64,000 nucleotides of DNA, taken from the IMG/VR virus record IMGVR_UViG_3300022074_000019, positions 13,924 through 77,923 of that record. The stretch is one strand, 5' to 3'. Below the pieces are notes generated by a model. That model searched no databases. It saw only the letters and a list, made by a program, of their open reading frames with translations, and was not told the DNA's origin. Shown in pieces: positions 18,026 through 28,279 of the stretch. How positions within the stretch are numbered: position 1 is the first letter of the stretch; each line of letters opens with the position of its first letter. The position numbers were made by a program, and so were the translations under genes. Origin of the DNA: a virus.

Positions 18026-18286
18026 TCACTCAGCAGGGACTTCTTCAACTTCAGCAATGCTTGCTTCATAAGCAGCAACAACTGCAGGAGTCCAAAGAGC
18101 ATCAGCAATTACTTTAACTTCATCAGGGGCTTCACTCAAGTCAGAGCCAGGAACAAAGACTGAGCGGTGATACTGACGACCAACTTCTTCGCCATCACGT
18201 TCGACAACGGTAGCAACACGCAGTTGGATTGTTTGATCAGGAAGAATTTCTTCTTTAAGTTCTAGGCGTTCGGTATAAGTAGCCAT
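18026..18286 (-). CDS. Putative tail fibre assembly protein
   Basis: Lies between fibre genes; IQLR...RQYHR...WT..V.AAY pattern. Confidence 0.55.
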   Translation of the reverse strand: MATYTERLELKEEILPDQTIQLRVATVVERDGEEVGRQYHRSVFVPGSDLSEAPDEVKVIADALWTPAVVAAYEASIAEVEEVPAE

Positions 18287-18352
18287 ATTAGGAACCCACG
18301 ACTGTGGGAGACAGGTTTAATAGCCGTAGTTTTGTGCCGTTGCGGGCAATAA

Positions 18353-20182
18353 TCAAGCCCCAGTGAAGTATTGTATTGAGAAAAATAGAGAAATACCACT
18401 ACTACTGCAGCTAGATCCATTGACGTTTGCGGTAGTAGTAGTGCTGAGATTAAATTGCAGATCAGCTTTATTATTGAATTGCAGCATAACAAGCCCATTT
18501 GGTGCTCTATTGCTTGCACTATTGCCAAATCCAGTGTAAATGCCGACTGTTCCAGAACCCCTCTCATTTCCTGAATTAACATTGTTGAAAGGAAGTCCAT
18601 TTACCCTTAATGCATTGCCAGATGAATTGGTTGAACTGCATAAGATACGTCCAGTGACAGAGACTAGACCGCCGACCTTGGTGTATTTACCGGTGCTTGT
18701 AGTATAAACTGCAGAGAAATTACCATCAGCACTTTCAAGTTGAGGGGTAAATAATCCTTCTTCGTAATCGTCTAATGCGTTTGCTGCTGCGGTGTCAGCG
18801 CCGAACTTAAGACCATCAATGTCAACACGAATTCTTTGGACCCTTGAGGTGAAAAAGCCTAAAAAATCGCCATTGTGATGATATCTAATTCGTCCCATAT
18901 CAGCGTGATCGTCATCACCAAAATCAATCCCGGCAATTTGTGCAGTACCGGTCCTCATTCTAATGAGCTGACTTGATCCACCAAAAGCTCCTAACGTAAG
19001 TATTCCCTCTGGATCACTATTCCCAATACCAACGTGGCCATCAGAAGCGATGCGCATTTTTTCACTATTGTCAACAGCAAATATAATTGTGCTGTCTGCT
19101 TTTGCATTACCTTTGTCGGCATTAAATTTTAAACTTGCTGCATTCCCGTCAATTTCAGAATGACCGTCAACAGTGTCAGTAAGCCTAATGTTTGGCGCTG
19201 TAGATGCTAAATCCAACAGTTGAGAAGGACTTGTTGTACCTATACCAACTCTTGAATCAGTAATTGCAACGACTGTACTGGCTCTGCTGTTATGACTAAT
19301 CTTTAACTGATCTAAAGATCTATCTGCCCAAATTTGCCAGTTGCGTTGACCTTGGTTTTCAATAAACAAGCCAGCGCTGTTAGTTCCAGTATTGGTTGCA
19401 GATACTTTGATTTGTGGATTACTAGCACCTCGAACGTCTAACAACATGCTGGGACTACTCGTCCCAATACCAACGTTGCCGCTGGAAGTGATGCGCATGG
19501 CTTCGGAGTTATTGGTAGCGATTGCTAGGTAATCTCCATTATGGTTGTATTGAAGATAGCCAGCGTATTCACCCAATCCAGTGGTGCCATCAGCAAACAT
19601 AAGGGTACCGCGATGACTGGTGCCTGAAGCAATAGTGATACCACGGTCACCTGTTCCAGCTTCTCCAACAACTAAATTATTTGAGGTAGAGTCGTAATCA
19701 TTAGGAGTACTCGTCCCTATACCAACGTTGCCTCCAGTAATATTCAAGCCACCAGTAATGGGATCATTTCCTGAATTCAACATCAGGTAACGATCGTCAA
19801 GTGTGCCTGATTGAGAATTACTATTAGTTGTATCTGGTAGAACAGTAGGATCCCAACTATCAGGGCTGGCATCTACCCACTGAGAACTATCAGCATCCGT
19901 GTAATAAATATACAGACGACCGTCATCTGAGTTATACCACAAATTTCCGGACTGCGGATTAGAGGGTGGTGTCGTAGTGGCAGGAAGTTCTACTTGTCCA
20001 TCATCCGCGATATTTCCTACACCACTAATTCTAATAACGTTGTTATTACTGTCTTTTAAAAAGATTGCAGGATCATCTGTGTTGTAGTTAATTGCAAGTT
20101 CGCCGTATTCCAACTGACTAGCAGTAGGCGTTTTTGCAGAACCACTGGCCAGCACATTTGAGCGCTTAAGTTGAAGTCTCAT
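18353..20182 (-). CDS. Tail fibre protein
   Basis: GELAIN, GNLWYNS, GNVGIGT repeats, NALDDYEEG. Confidence 0.85.
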   Translation of the reverse strand: MRLQLKRSNVLASGSAKTPTASQLEYGELAINYNTDDPAIFLKDSNNNVIRISGVGNIADDGQVELPATTTPPSNPQSGNLWYNSDDGRLYIYYTDADSSQWVDASPDSWDPTVLPDTTNSNSQSGTLDDRYLMLNSGNDPITGGLNITGGNVGIGTSTPNDYDSTSNNLVVGEAGTGDRGITIASGTSHRGTLMFADGTTGLGEYAGYLQYNHNGDYLAIATNNSEAMRITSSGNVGIGTSSPSMLLDVRGASNPQIKVSATNTGTNSAGLFIENQGQRNWQIWADRSLDQLKISHNSRASTVVAITDSRVGIGTTSPSQLLDLASTAPNIRLTDTVDGHSEIDGNAASLKFNADKGNAKADSTIIFAVDNSEKMRIASDGHVGIGNSDPEGILTLGAFGGSSQLIRMRTGTAQIAGIDFGDDDHADMGRIRYHHNGDFLGFFTSRVQRIRVDIDGLKFGADTAAANALDDYEEGLFTPQLESADGNFSAVYTTSTGKYTKVGGLVSVTGRILCSSTNSSGNALRVNGLPFNNVNSGNERGSGTVGIYTGFGNSASNRAPNGLVMLQFNNKADLQFNLSTTTTANVNGSSCSSSGISLFFSIQYFTGA

Positions 20183-20228
20183 GGTAACAACCTATAACTA
20201 CTGGATAAAAATCCTGATACTATTCTAA

Positions 20229-21290
20229 TCAATACGATCCACCATCTAACACATAGTTGGCATCATCTAAGGCTGCTCTAAGTGATGATGGAGCAACTGC
20301 CGCTGCTGACTCTGTTCCTGCAATTGCTTCTGAGTTAGTTGCCAAACGAACAAGACCTTTTGTAGTTGTAGTTCCATCGACAATTTGTATTCCGCCTAAG
20401 CGTGTTTCAAGGGCTGCCGGAGTGACAACAGTATTTGTAGAGGTTCCCGCTGTCATTTCAGCAGAAGTTGCAATACGAATTGTCCCGTCAGCCGTCTGAG
20501 ATGCGTAGTTGATATCAAAATCAAAAACTGTTCCAGTTTGTTGAACTGTTAATGGAAGATTTACAGTTACGTCAACATCACCAACGACTTGAGCAACTTG
20601 AGCAGGTGTAACTGCGGTTGTATTGTTTGTCCCTGTAGATAGTTCAGATGCAGTAGCAATACGGATTACTCCGTTAGAAGAATCTGTTGCATATGGAATT
20701 GCATCAATCGCATCTTTTACTTGTTTAGGATTAACTGCAACATTCTCTACTGTGCCAGCAGTTACTTCTGAATCAGTTGCAATTTGAATAACACCGTTTG
20801 CACCGCTGGTAGCGTAAGCAACTGTAACTTGAAAATTGTTGTCACTTGTCTCTGTTACTTGAATTGGAGCAACACCAGATACAACAACACCATTCAAGGC
20901 AAAGACCATTTGATCTGGAGTTACTGCTGCAGCAACTGAAGATCCAGCAAGTGCTTCTGCATTAGTTGCAAAACGAACAATGCCTTTATCTGTAGTATTG
21001 CCAGAGTTTATTTTAATAACTTGATTGTCTAAATAAACTGGTAGTTGTGCAGTTAATGTGACATTACTTACTGAGGTATTTACAAATCCAACAGTGGCTG
21101 CATCCGTATTGGCACTAGGAGTTCCGTTAATAGTGACATTACCTGAAAAGCTACCTGTGGTAAAAGTAACGTTTTGCGTAAAATCAGCACCTGCAAATCG
21201 TGAGTCTGAATCAATAAACAGACGATCTGTTGACTGCAAGACTTCTTGATAGCCTACAGGATTGAGAACAGTAATTCTTCTGTCAGCCAT
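20229..21290 (-). CDS. Tail fibre repeat protein
   Basis: Five G.IR.AT..E......AVTP repeats. Confidence 0.75.
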   Translation of the reverse strand: MADRRITVLNPVGYQEVLQSTDRLFIDSDSRFAGADFTQNVTFTTGSFSGNVTINGTPSANTDAATVGFVNTSVSNVTLTAQLPVYLDNQVIKINSGNTTDKGIVRFATNAEALAGSSVAAAVTPDQMVFALNGVVVSGVAPIQVTETSDNNFQVTVAYATSGANGVIQIATDSEVTAGTVENVAVNPKQVKDAIDAIPYATDSSNGVIRIATASELSTGTNNTTAVTPAQVAQVVGDVDVTVNLPLTVQQTGTVFDFDINYASQTADGTIRIATSAEMTAGTSTNTVVTPAALETRLGGIQIVDGTTTTKGLVRLATNSEAIAGTESAAAVAPSSLRAALDDANYVLDGGSY

Positions 21291-21291
21291 A

Positions 21292-21816
21292 TCAAATTAC
21301 CAAGGGTGCAGAAATTTCAATGTTCATTTCATTAGTGTCTAGGGCTACACCAGCTTGAATGAGAACAGATCCTGCTGTAGTTGTATCAGGAGTTGTAGTG
21401 TAGTTGCCTGGTGTTGTAGAACTTAAGTAATACAACGTACCTGGCGTAAGATTGGCTGGAGAACCATCAACTACTGCTGAAGCAGAAAGAGATGTAATAG
21501 GCAACGAACTTGTGTAAGTGACAGTCGTCCCGCCTGTGGCTGTCGTTGTTGCTGCACCAGCTATTCGTGCTGTCGAGAGAGACGATGCATCAGCAAGAGC
21601 AGCTTGTCCAGTAGAAGTCAAATACAGCAGAGATCCAACCTGTGCAATGTTTCCAGAAGCCATTGTTGCGGTGAACAAGAACTCGGATGTGTTTTGGTTT
21701 GGATTAACAACATTGTCATCTCCAGTTAGCCGCCAAGTTCCGGGGCCTTGACCGGTTGGCTGTAGATAAATCCAAGCACGACCGAATTCGGTTTTGGTGT
21801 CACCTACGGATGGCAT
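21292..21816 (-). CDS. Virion structural protein
   Basis: LTPG.LYYLS beta-rich motif; tail context. Confidence 0.55.
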   Translation of the reverse strand: MPSVGDTKTEFGRAWIYLQPTGQGPGTWRLTGDDNVVNPNQNTSEFLFTATMASGNIAQVGSLLYLTSTGQAALADASSLSTARIAGAATTTATGGTTVTYTSSLPITSLSASAVVDGSPANLTPGTLYYLSSTTPGNYTTTPDTTTAGSVLIQAGVALDTNEMNIEISAPLVI

Positions 21817-21839
21817 CTGTTACTACACAACATCTTTTA

Positions 21840-22073
21840 TTATTTTAACTTGTCTTCTCCTTCCAATAGTTTGTTGAAATCTTGCAAATCTTTTGCAATT
21901 TGTTCTTTCAGAATTCGATTAAGAATATTTTGATATGTCATCACTAATTTAGCTGACACAATCAATTGCTTACGTAGCTCGTCAATATCTGAGCACTCGT
22001 TAATTTCATCAGCAATAACCCTAAGCCTCAATTGACCTTCTAAAGGAATGTCAAAATCATCTTTGCTAAACAT
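21840..22073 (-). CDS. Second NblA-like protein (divergent)
   Basis: PLEGQLRLR...I..C.D.DELRK.L...MTYQN. Confidence 0.45.
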   Translation of the reverse strand: MFSKDDFDIPLEGQLRLRVIADEINECSDIDELRKQLIVSAKLVMTYQNILNRILKEQIAKDLQDFNKLLEGEDKLK

Positions 22074-22114
22074 TTGATTATTGCTATTTATTTAAATACT
22101 AACCAGTTGATTTT

Positions 22115-23914
22115 TTAAATGTTGGCTAATGCCACAAGTGCATCAGTTTTGAATCCTGAATAAGTTGTATTGCTATTAAGTGCAGTTCGAACTCCTTCAA
22201 GTGCTGTAGTTAAAGTATTTAGTTTAGTTTGAACGTTTACGGTATTTACTAAGGTTTCGTTACCGTTGCTGTCAACAACAAAATTAGTAATAAAAAGACT
22301 ATCAGCATAAACACCTGAACTACGGACGCTTAATTGCTTTCCATTAGTTGCATGCTTCCAGCAGAAATCTTCCGTATCACCAAACTCCCATGCCATTTCA
22401 TTGGCAAAAGCTGTATTTCCAAAAGTCACATTGTTAGTTGAATCACTAGCAAGTTTAAGTGCTTGTCTACTGGAAGTTACGGAAGAACTGAAATCAACGC
22501 CAGCAACTGCTACGTCATTGGTAGTAATTGAAAGTGAAGCAAAGCTACTTCCACTGAGAGTGGCATAAGTTGCTGCAGCAAATGTTTTAAAGTCGTCCAC
22601 ATATTGACGCGTGGCGGCATCTGTTCCAAGCGATGGTGTAGCCACGTTATTAATTACTTGTCCTCCCATATTTAATGCACCCGAGAGAGTTCCTCCCGTT
22701 AGAAGCAGGTAATTATTCAAATCTGAATTTGTAGGCAATCCAGATACTGTTGTACTTAAGGAACTAATCGATGAAGTATTTGTATCAATGTTGGATTGAA
22801 GTGTTGTGTCTGCTGCATTACTTGCAGTCTGTACAGCAGTTAGTGCAGTTTGAGTAGCTTTTGTTGAAAGATCTGATTGCAGCGTTGTGATGCTACTTTG
22901 CAAAGCTGAAGAATCAAAAGCAATTGAGTTAGACCCAAAGGTTACGGTTGTTCCTCCTGCACCTGTAATTGCCACATCGCTTGCATTGCCTGCACTATCA
23001 AGCAAACGAAGACCTGAAGGTGTAGTTAACGAATAAGTAACTGGAGAAACATTTTCAAGAGTTGTAACTCTTGTATCAAGTCCACTGATCTGCGTCGATG
23101 TAGTAGACGAAAGCGTTGTTACAGTTGACTGCAGTGTTGTAAATTCAGTTTCTTGGCTAAAGTCAGGCGTTGACGTTTGCCATGCACTGCCACTGCTCAC
23201 ATACAGTTGCAGAGTGCTGCTGTTGTACCAAAGTTCACCATCAGCTGTGATACTAGGAGCAGTTCCACTTACTGTAATTGTTGCTCCAGATGAACCCTGA
23301 GAATTATCAATTTTAGTGTTCAGGAATTCAAGAGTATCAATCGACCACGCATTAAATTCCTTTTGAGTATCAACTCCTGTAGTTGATGGAAATACAGAAG
23401 GAACTGCGCCAAGATCAGTTACAGTTGTCGATGCAAGTGCTAGTTGATCTGTATTGATCGAGGTAGATGTAACTAGAGTCCACTGATTTCCTGTATACAG
23501 GTAAAGGCTTTGAGTACTCGGCTGATACCATAAAGCACCTTCAATAGCACTGTTAGGCTGAGTATCAGAAAGAACTGTCAGTTGATCTGCACCATTTGTT
23601 TGATGAAAGTCACCGCCAATCCAAACCATCATTCGGCCTTGACGTTTGTCAAACCAAAGATCACCATCCTCAGGATAATTAAGCCACTGACCACCAATTA
23701 CAGCACCTTCTGAATCAGTCTCAGGCAGCCAGCCAGGAGGATAGTCTCCTACACCAATATTGCCCCACTCCTTTTTAATATCTAAAATTGCATCACGAAT
23801 TCCTGCATAACTTGGCGCATACTCATTCGGTAGAGCATTATTGCGAAGACGCAGTTCATTGAATGCTGCAACGATGCCAGCGTATGAATCGTTCTGATAA
23901 GTAGACACGCGCAA
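22115..23914 (-). CDS. Fibre/whisker-like virion protein
   Basis: GDLWF/GALWY/GELWY repeats, coiled coil, GGTLSG, DAAT..YVD. Confidence 0.7.
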   Translation of the reverse strand: MRVSTYQNDSYAGIVAAFNELRLRNNALPNEYAPSYAGIRDAILDIKKEWGNIGVGDYPPGWLPETDSEGAVIGGQWLNYPEDGDLWFDKRQGRMMVWIGGDFHQTNGADQLTVLSDTQPNSAIEGALWYQPSTQSLYLYTGNQWTLVTSTSINTDQLALASTTVTDLGAVPSVFPSTTGVDTQKEFNAWSIDTLEFLNTKIDNSQGSSGATITVSGTAPSITADGELWYNSSTLQLYVSSGSAWQTSTPDFSQETEFTTLQSTVTTLSSTTSTQISGLDTRVTTLENVSPVTYSLTTPSGLRLLDSAGNASDVAITGAGGTTVTFGSNSIAFDSSALQSSITTLQSDLSTKATQTALTAVQTASNAADTTLQSNIDTNTSSISSLSTTVSGLPTNSDLNNYLLLTGGTLSGALNMGGQVINNVATPSLGTDAATRQYVDDFKTFAAATYATLSGSSFASLSITTNDVAVAGVDFSSSVTSSRQALKLASDSTNNVTFGNTAFANEMAWEFGDTEDFCWKHATNGKQLSVRSSGVYADSLFITNFVVDSNGNETLVNTVNVQTKLNTLTTALEGVRTALNSNTTYSGFKTDALVALANI

Positions 23915-23963
23915 CTATTAACACTACTATTTCTATTGTAGTGAAGCAGTATCGCATTCTTGC

Positions 23964-25742
23964 TTAAAACTGACTGGTCAAAAACACATATCCAAGCTCA
24001 ACGTCATCTAAGTTAAGTGCTTCTGCAAGAGCTGCGACTACTTCAATCGTTGTTATTTCAGATCGCTTCATTTGTTCAAGAAACTCATCGCCCACCTCTT
24101 GAATTTCTTTTGCAAGCTTCTTTTCAAACTTTAAGCGTGATTCAATACTAGGAAACGTATTAGGTTCTTGAACTCTTATCTTGTTGATAAACATTGCAGC
24201 AATTGAATGCTTGCATACTTTAAATCCTTTTTTGTATTGCTCAGTTGCCCAGCTTTCAATAATACCTGTTGCTTGGGCAACACCCTCAATATCAAATGAA
24301 TTAGGACTTTTTGCACTAGGTGCTGGATACCTAGATTGCCTATTGATTCTTCCTGTATCGCTATCAAAGGTTTCTGGCTGACGTAGTTTGCCTCTGATAT
24401 GAGCAGGGCAGCTACATGAGTAGAGATCTGCATATGAGAGAGTTCTTCCTGTCAAAAATATTTGATCGAGAAATGGGTCAATACTTAAATTAATTTTTTG
24501 CCAAGCACTTTCGCCTGGAATTAGTGGTTGATGAAAATAGTTGCCATCTTCATCGATGTCTACATCTTGATACGTAAAACTATTAGCGGGAAATACAATA
24601 AATCTATTTTGTTCATATGGAGTATAGAGTGTCAGCGTACTTTTAAATATTGTCGATGTAATCTCTAATTCATTTGTGGCTGGACGTGCCATGACTGATT
24701 GAATTGTCCAAGGCATAATTGCATAAGATGAAGTTCCTACTTCACTTGCAACCACATCTCCAGTTAGATATTTATTGCCAAAATACTTTTGGTAGTCAGA
24801 CTTTCTAAAAAAGAATGATCCTTGCAAAGTACTTGTTGTATTTGTTGTGTTGAAAATTACTTCTAGGCTGGCTATATCACCAAGCGTTGGTGGCAAGTTA
24901 GTTGTATTCTTTAGAATTTGAAGCTCTTCGCCAGTGCGAGAATCATTTTCAATAACTTCAAAGTATGTCTCAAAATCTTTGAATTCAGTCAGTGAGGTGA
25001 CAGCAGTGACGTTGTAAAACTCAGGGGTATAAACAATTTGACCAACTAATGCTTGAATATCATTGTTGTTTTCTTGTATGAAGCTTGTTGCCATGATGTC
25101 ACTCAATGGCATGGTTGCTACGATCTGCAGTCCATCTTTCGAGCTTTTGCCTTTATATACAGCAGGTCGTCGATTTGAAGTTAGTACTTGCTCAATATTG
25201 GCAGAGGCATTTCCATCAGTTACTCGTTCGCCAAGTGATCGCAATAAACTTGCATCACTATTAGCATTGCCTTGAACTTGAACAACAACTTCTCTATTCA
25301 AATATCCTTCAGGAAAATTAATTTGATCTGCTTCTATACTTGTAATTACACCTACAGAATGCTGAGCTGAAGCCGATCGTTTAATTGTATAGTGAGTTCT
25401 ACTGTCAGAATTTTTAGTTGCAAACCTATATCCAGTAAACGTTACTGGTGTTTCAGCAGGAGTACCTTGATACAGAACAGCATTAGCCGCGTCGTAGGGT
25501 AAATACGCTGCTTGATAGTAGTACTCCGTGCCCTTGCGCCATCTGGCCCAAGTACTATCCATATCGAATTGCTCGATTGCGCTTCTAGTTACTGTCGAGC
25601 CATAGCGACGATCGCTTGGATAATTGCCTGCAGCCCCTGGCCCTTTCGCTTTATCTGTTCGATTGTTGACCTCAGTTACAGCAAATGACTTCGATCTACC
25701 AAATGATTTACTACCGAAGCCATTTTGCTTTCTAGGCATCAA
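23964..25742 (-). CDS. Large hypothetical protein with SWIM-like CxC...CKH motif
   Basis: YSCSCP...KVCKHSIA. Confidence 0.55.
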   Translation of the reverse strand: MMPRKQNGFGSKSFGRSKSFAVTEVNNRTDKAKGPGAAGNYPSDRRYGSTVTRSAIEQFDMDSTWARWRKGTEYYYQAAYLPYDAANAVLYQGTPAETPVTFTGYRFATKNSDSRTHYTIKRSASAQHSVGVITSIEADQINFPEGYLNREVVVQVQGNANSDASLLRSLGERVTDGNASANIEQVLTSNRRPAVYKGKSSKDGLQIVATMPLSDIMATSFIQENNNDIQALVGQIVYTPEFYNVTAVTSLTEFKDFETYFEVIENDSRTGEELQILKNTTNLPPTLGDIASLEVIFNTTNTTSTLQGSFFFRKSDYQKYFGNKYLTGDVVASEVGTSSYAIMPWTIQSVMARPATNELEITSTIFKSTLTLYTPYEQNRFIVFPANSFTYQDVDIDEDGNYFHQPLIPGESAWQKINLSIDPFLDQIFLTGRTLSYADLYSCSCPAHIRGKLRQPETFDSDTGRINRQSRYPAPSAKSPNSFDIEGVAQATGIIESWATEQYKKGFKVCKHSIAAMFINKIRVQEPNTFPSIESRLKFEKKLAKEIQEVGDEFLEQMKRSEITTIEVVAALAEALNLDDVELGYVFLTSQF

Positions 25743-26221
25743 TAGAATCCGCCTTGAGCTGCAATAACAGGAGTGCCAGCACTGTTAGCAGGCCCAGCAA
25801 GCTGCAACGAGCACCAAAGAACAGAGCCTTTTGGAATATAAAGTGCACGCACTTGTGGATCACCGCCAGTACCTGGCAACGGAGCTAAAACTTTCGGCAG
25901 TGAAGTACACGAACGGATTTGTCCCGCAGTAGTGGGGCTATCAATTTGCTGAATGTATGTCGCGTCACTTGGCCTGAGATAATCTACTGCTGTGCTGAGA
26001 TAAAACACAGCTTTGTATGAAACTGTACTACGTGCAATTACGTACAGATCTTCTACAATTGCGCCATCATTAGATGTGCAATCAACAAGGACAGACGACT
26101 CATTAGTTCCCAAAATATCGAGACTTGTTGCAGATCCTGAAGTTAAACTGTTTGATTCAACAACTGAATGAAACGGACGATCAACCAGCAGGGGTTGTTT
26201 ATTAGTAGCTGTAGTAGCCAT
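25739..26221 (-). CDS. Putative virion structural protein
   Basis: Beta-rich, ends GGFY; late context. Confidence 0.5.
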   Translation of the reverse strand: MATTATNKQPLLVDRPFHSVVESNSLTSGSATSLDILGTNESSVLVDCTSNDGAIVEDLYVIARSTVSYKAVFYLSTAVDYLRPSDATYIQQIDSPTTAGQIRSCTSLPKVLAPLPGTGGDPQVRALYIPKGSVLWCSLQLAGPANSAGTPVIAAQGGFY

Positions 26222-26892
26222 TATTTGTTACCTTTACGAATTGTAGTTTTAGTAGATCCAGGAATCATTGAGCCATCGTCTGGAGACATGACTTGAGCTG
26301 CTGCTTGTGCATCAGGTACGCCCTGAAGCGTAAGTCCGCCCTCAGAGTTTCCTGACATTGTAGAAGGAACAGCACCAGGATTAAAGACTCCACCCTCCTG
26401 TGCCATATCCATGTCAAAACCCATCATTCCAAGGGGACCGACTTGATAAGGAAGTTGATCACCTGAACCATAAAGCTTTTCACCACGTTCAGCTGCTTGC
26501 TGAGCCAAGTGCATTGGCTCCATCATGTCTTGCGATTCACGTAGAGGTTGTTGAATCGAACCGTAGGCAGCATTAAGACCACGGCCTTCTACAATGTTTT
26601 GATTTCGATCGGAGTTAGGTGCATAACCAGGAGTGCCTACTTTGCTAAACACATCAGGTGTGAACACTTCATCACCGTAAGGAGACTGAGCACCACCATC
26701 AAGGCTTGAAGGGGTCGGAGCGCCTCCTCCCATTGACTTACCCACCATCGGGTTATTCATCATGTTGCCGGCTCCCTGAGGGGCCATAGGCATAGGCTGA
26801 GGTGCACCAGCAAAGGTGGCGTTTGACTGACTTGTCATAGTCGGGTCAACATCACCTGCTGCTTTGCGACGGTTAATCTTTTCTTGAGACAT
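26221..26892 (-). CDS. Low-complexity hypothetical protein
   Basis: G/M/P-rich ORF. Confidence 0.55.
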   Translation of the reverse strand: MSQEKINRRKAAGDVDPTMTSQSNATFAGAPQPMPMAPQGAGNMMNNPMVGKSMGGGAPTPSSLDGGAQSPYGDEVFTPDVFSKVGTPGYAPNSDRNQNIVEGRGLNAAYGSIQQPLRESQDMMEPMHLAQQAAERGEKLYGSGDQLPYQVGPLGMMGFDMDMAQEGGVFNPGAVPSTMSGNSEGGLTLQGVPDAQAAAQVMSPDDGSMIPGSTKTTIRKGNK

Positions 26893-26893
26893 A

Positions 26894-27328
26894 TCAAGCT
26901 CCGTAGATTTGTTGACGGTTGTTCAATCCGGGATACTGCATGCCTTGAGCAAGCATTGCCAAACGCTCAGCAGCTAGACCACCTGAAATTTCAGGATCAA
27001 CTTGTGGTTGTATTGTTGCGGATGTTTCACCATCAGCAAAACCTGTTGTGTTCAGTGGATCGCCAATAATTTGATTGCCTGCAGCATCAAACCGTGGTTT
27101 AAAAATACCAGTAGCTCCATCAATCTGGTCTCCCGCCATCAAGTTGCTGTTGCCGTACTTGGGATGACGAGATGCTTTTGAAGCTTCGCCAGATCCATTT
27201 TCGTAAACAGACTGGATACCAAAGATAAAATCGTTTTGCCCGGCTTGAGCGATAGCAGCGGCTTTCTTGGATTGATAATCCGTATCTTTTCCGCGACCCA
27301 TTGTTATTTTTTGAGTTCCGTGATGCAT
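26894..27328 (-). CDS. Hypothetical protein
   Basis: ORF with TAGAAT -10. Confidence 0.55.
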   Translation of the reverse strand: MHHGTQKITMGRGKDTDYQSKKAAAIAQAGQNDFIFGIQSVYENGSGEASKASRHPKYGNSNLMAGDQIDGATGIFKPRFDAAGNQIIGDPLNTTGFADGETSATIQPQVDPEISGGLAAERLAMLAQGMQYPGLNNRQQIYGA

Positions 27329-27363
27329 GGGTTCACAAAGTATTTCCTAGATATATTCTAATA

Positions 27364-27843
27364 CTATCGATAGTTTTGGTTTAACCAAATGCGTGAACCC
27401 ACTGCTGTGTCTGCAGGACCAGGAATAGCCATGACAAATTCAGATCCTGAGCGTTCAAATGCATAGCGACGGACGTCAGGACGCCGATAGTTAGGAACAT
27501 ATAGAGTTTCAGCAAGACGGTCAACTTCACGTAGGTAGATCTCACGTGCATATGAATCGCCTTTCAAAGGATCAGTCGTGCGAATTGTTCGCTGAACATC
27601 ACCAGCAATCTGTTCGATCCGGCTTGCGTTTACTTGACCATTAGCAGTGTCATAGTATTCACTGGCTTCATAAGCAACGTCACAGCGGCGAATGTGATCA
27701 ACAATTTGATTGTAAAAATACTCATCTGGGATGAGCGCCATTGCTTCTTCTAGACGAGCACGATCACCAGCAGGAAGTTGTGAGCCAGAATTAAATCCTA
27801 GATGGAATCTAGTTTTTGACTTCAGTAGTTCGTTTAGTTCCAT
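27364..27843 (-). CDS. Putative head-tail adaptor
   Basis: Position downstream of capsid; N-terminal R.HLG pattern. Confidence 0.4.
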   Translation of the reverse strand: MELNELLKSKTRFHLGFNSGSQLPAGDRARLEEAMALIPDEYFYNQIVDHIRRCDVAYEASEYYDTANGQVNASRIEQIAGDVQRTIRTTDPLKGDSYAREIYLREVDRLAETLYVPNYRRPDVRRYAFERSGSEFVMAIPGPADTAVGSRIWLNQNYR

Positions 27844-28253
27844 TAGCCAAGAATCCCATCACGTGTATATGCTGCTTTTAGAATCTGCTGCAATTCATAC
27901 TGTTGATCGGGTGTCATCTCTTTTCCTGCAGCCTCTTGTGCTTGCAGTTCAGCCAAAAGTGCTCCTGTTCGTCCAGATTCCTGCATTGCAGATTGTTGAG
28001 CTGCTGCTCCTAAGCCACCACCGAGGATTGCTCCTACAAGACCACCAGCCATACGAATGCCAGGTTTCAAAATACGGTTTGTCCCTCGCATATTGCCAAT
28101 AGCTTTTCCAAGTGGCTGTGCCAATGAACCGCCAAGTACACCTAGACCACCGCCCAGCGCGGCGGCTGCAGCAGTCGAATCACTTAGGCGAGGACCCTGT
28201 TCTGCCTCATTGGCAGCTTGCGCCAACAAAATTTGTTCTAGACGAGGATCCAT
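27843..28253 (-). CDS. Gly/Ala-rich hypothetical protein (RMAG motif)
   Basis: Gly-zipper-like segments. Confidence 0.55.
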   Translation of the reverse strand: MDPRLEQILLAQAANEAEQGPRLSDSTAAAAALGGGLGVLGGSLAQPLGKAIGNMRGTNRILKPGIRMAGGLVGAILGGGLGAAAQQSAMQESGRTGALLAELQAQEAAGKEMTPDQQYELQQILKAAYTRDGILG

Positions 28254-28279
28254 TTGTCTTCTGCCTTTGTATTCTTATT

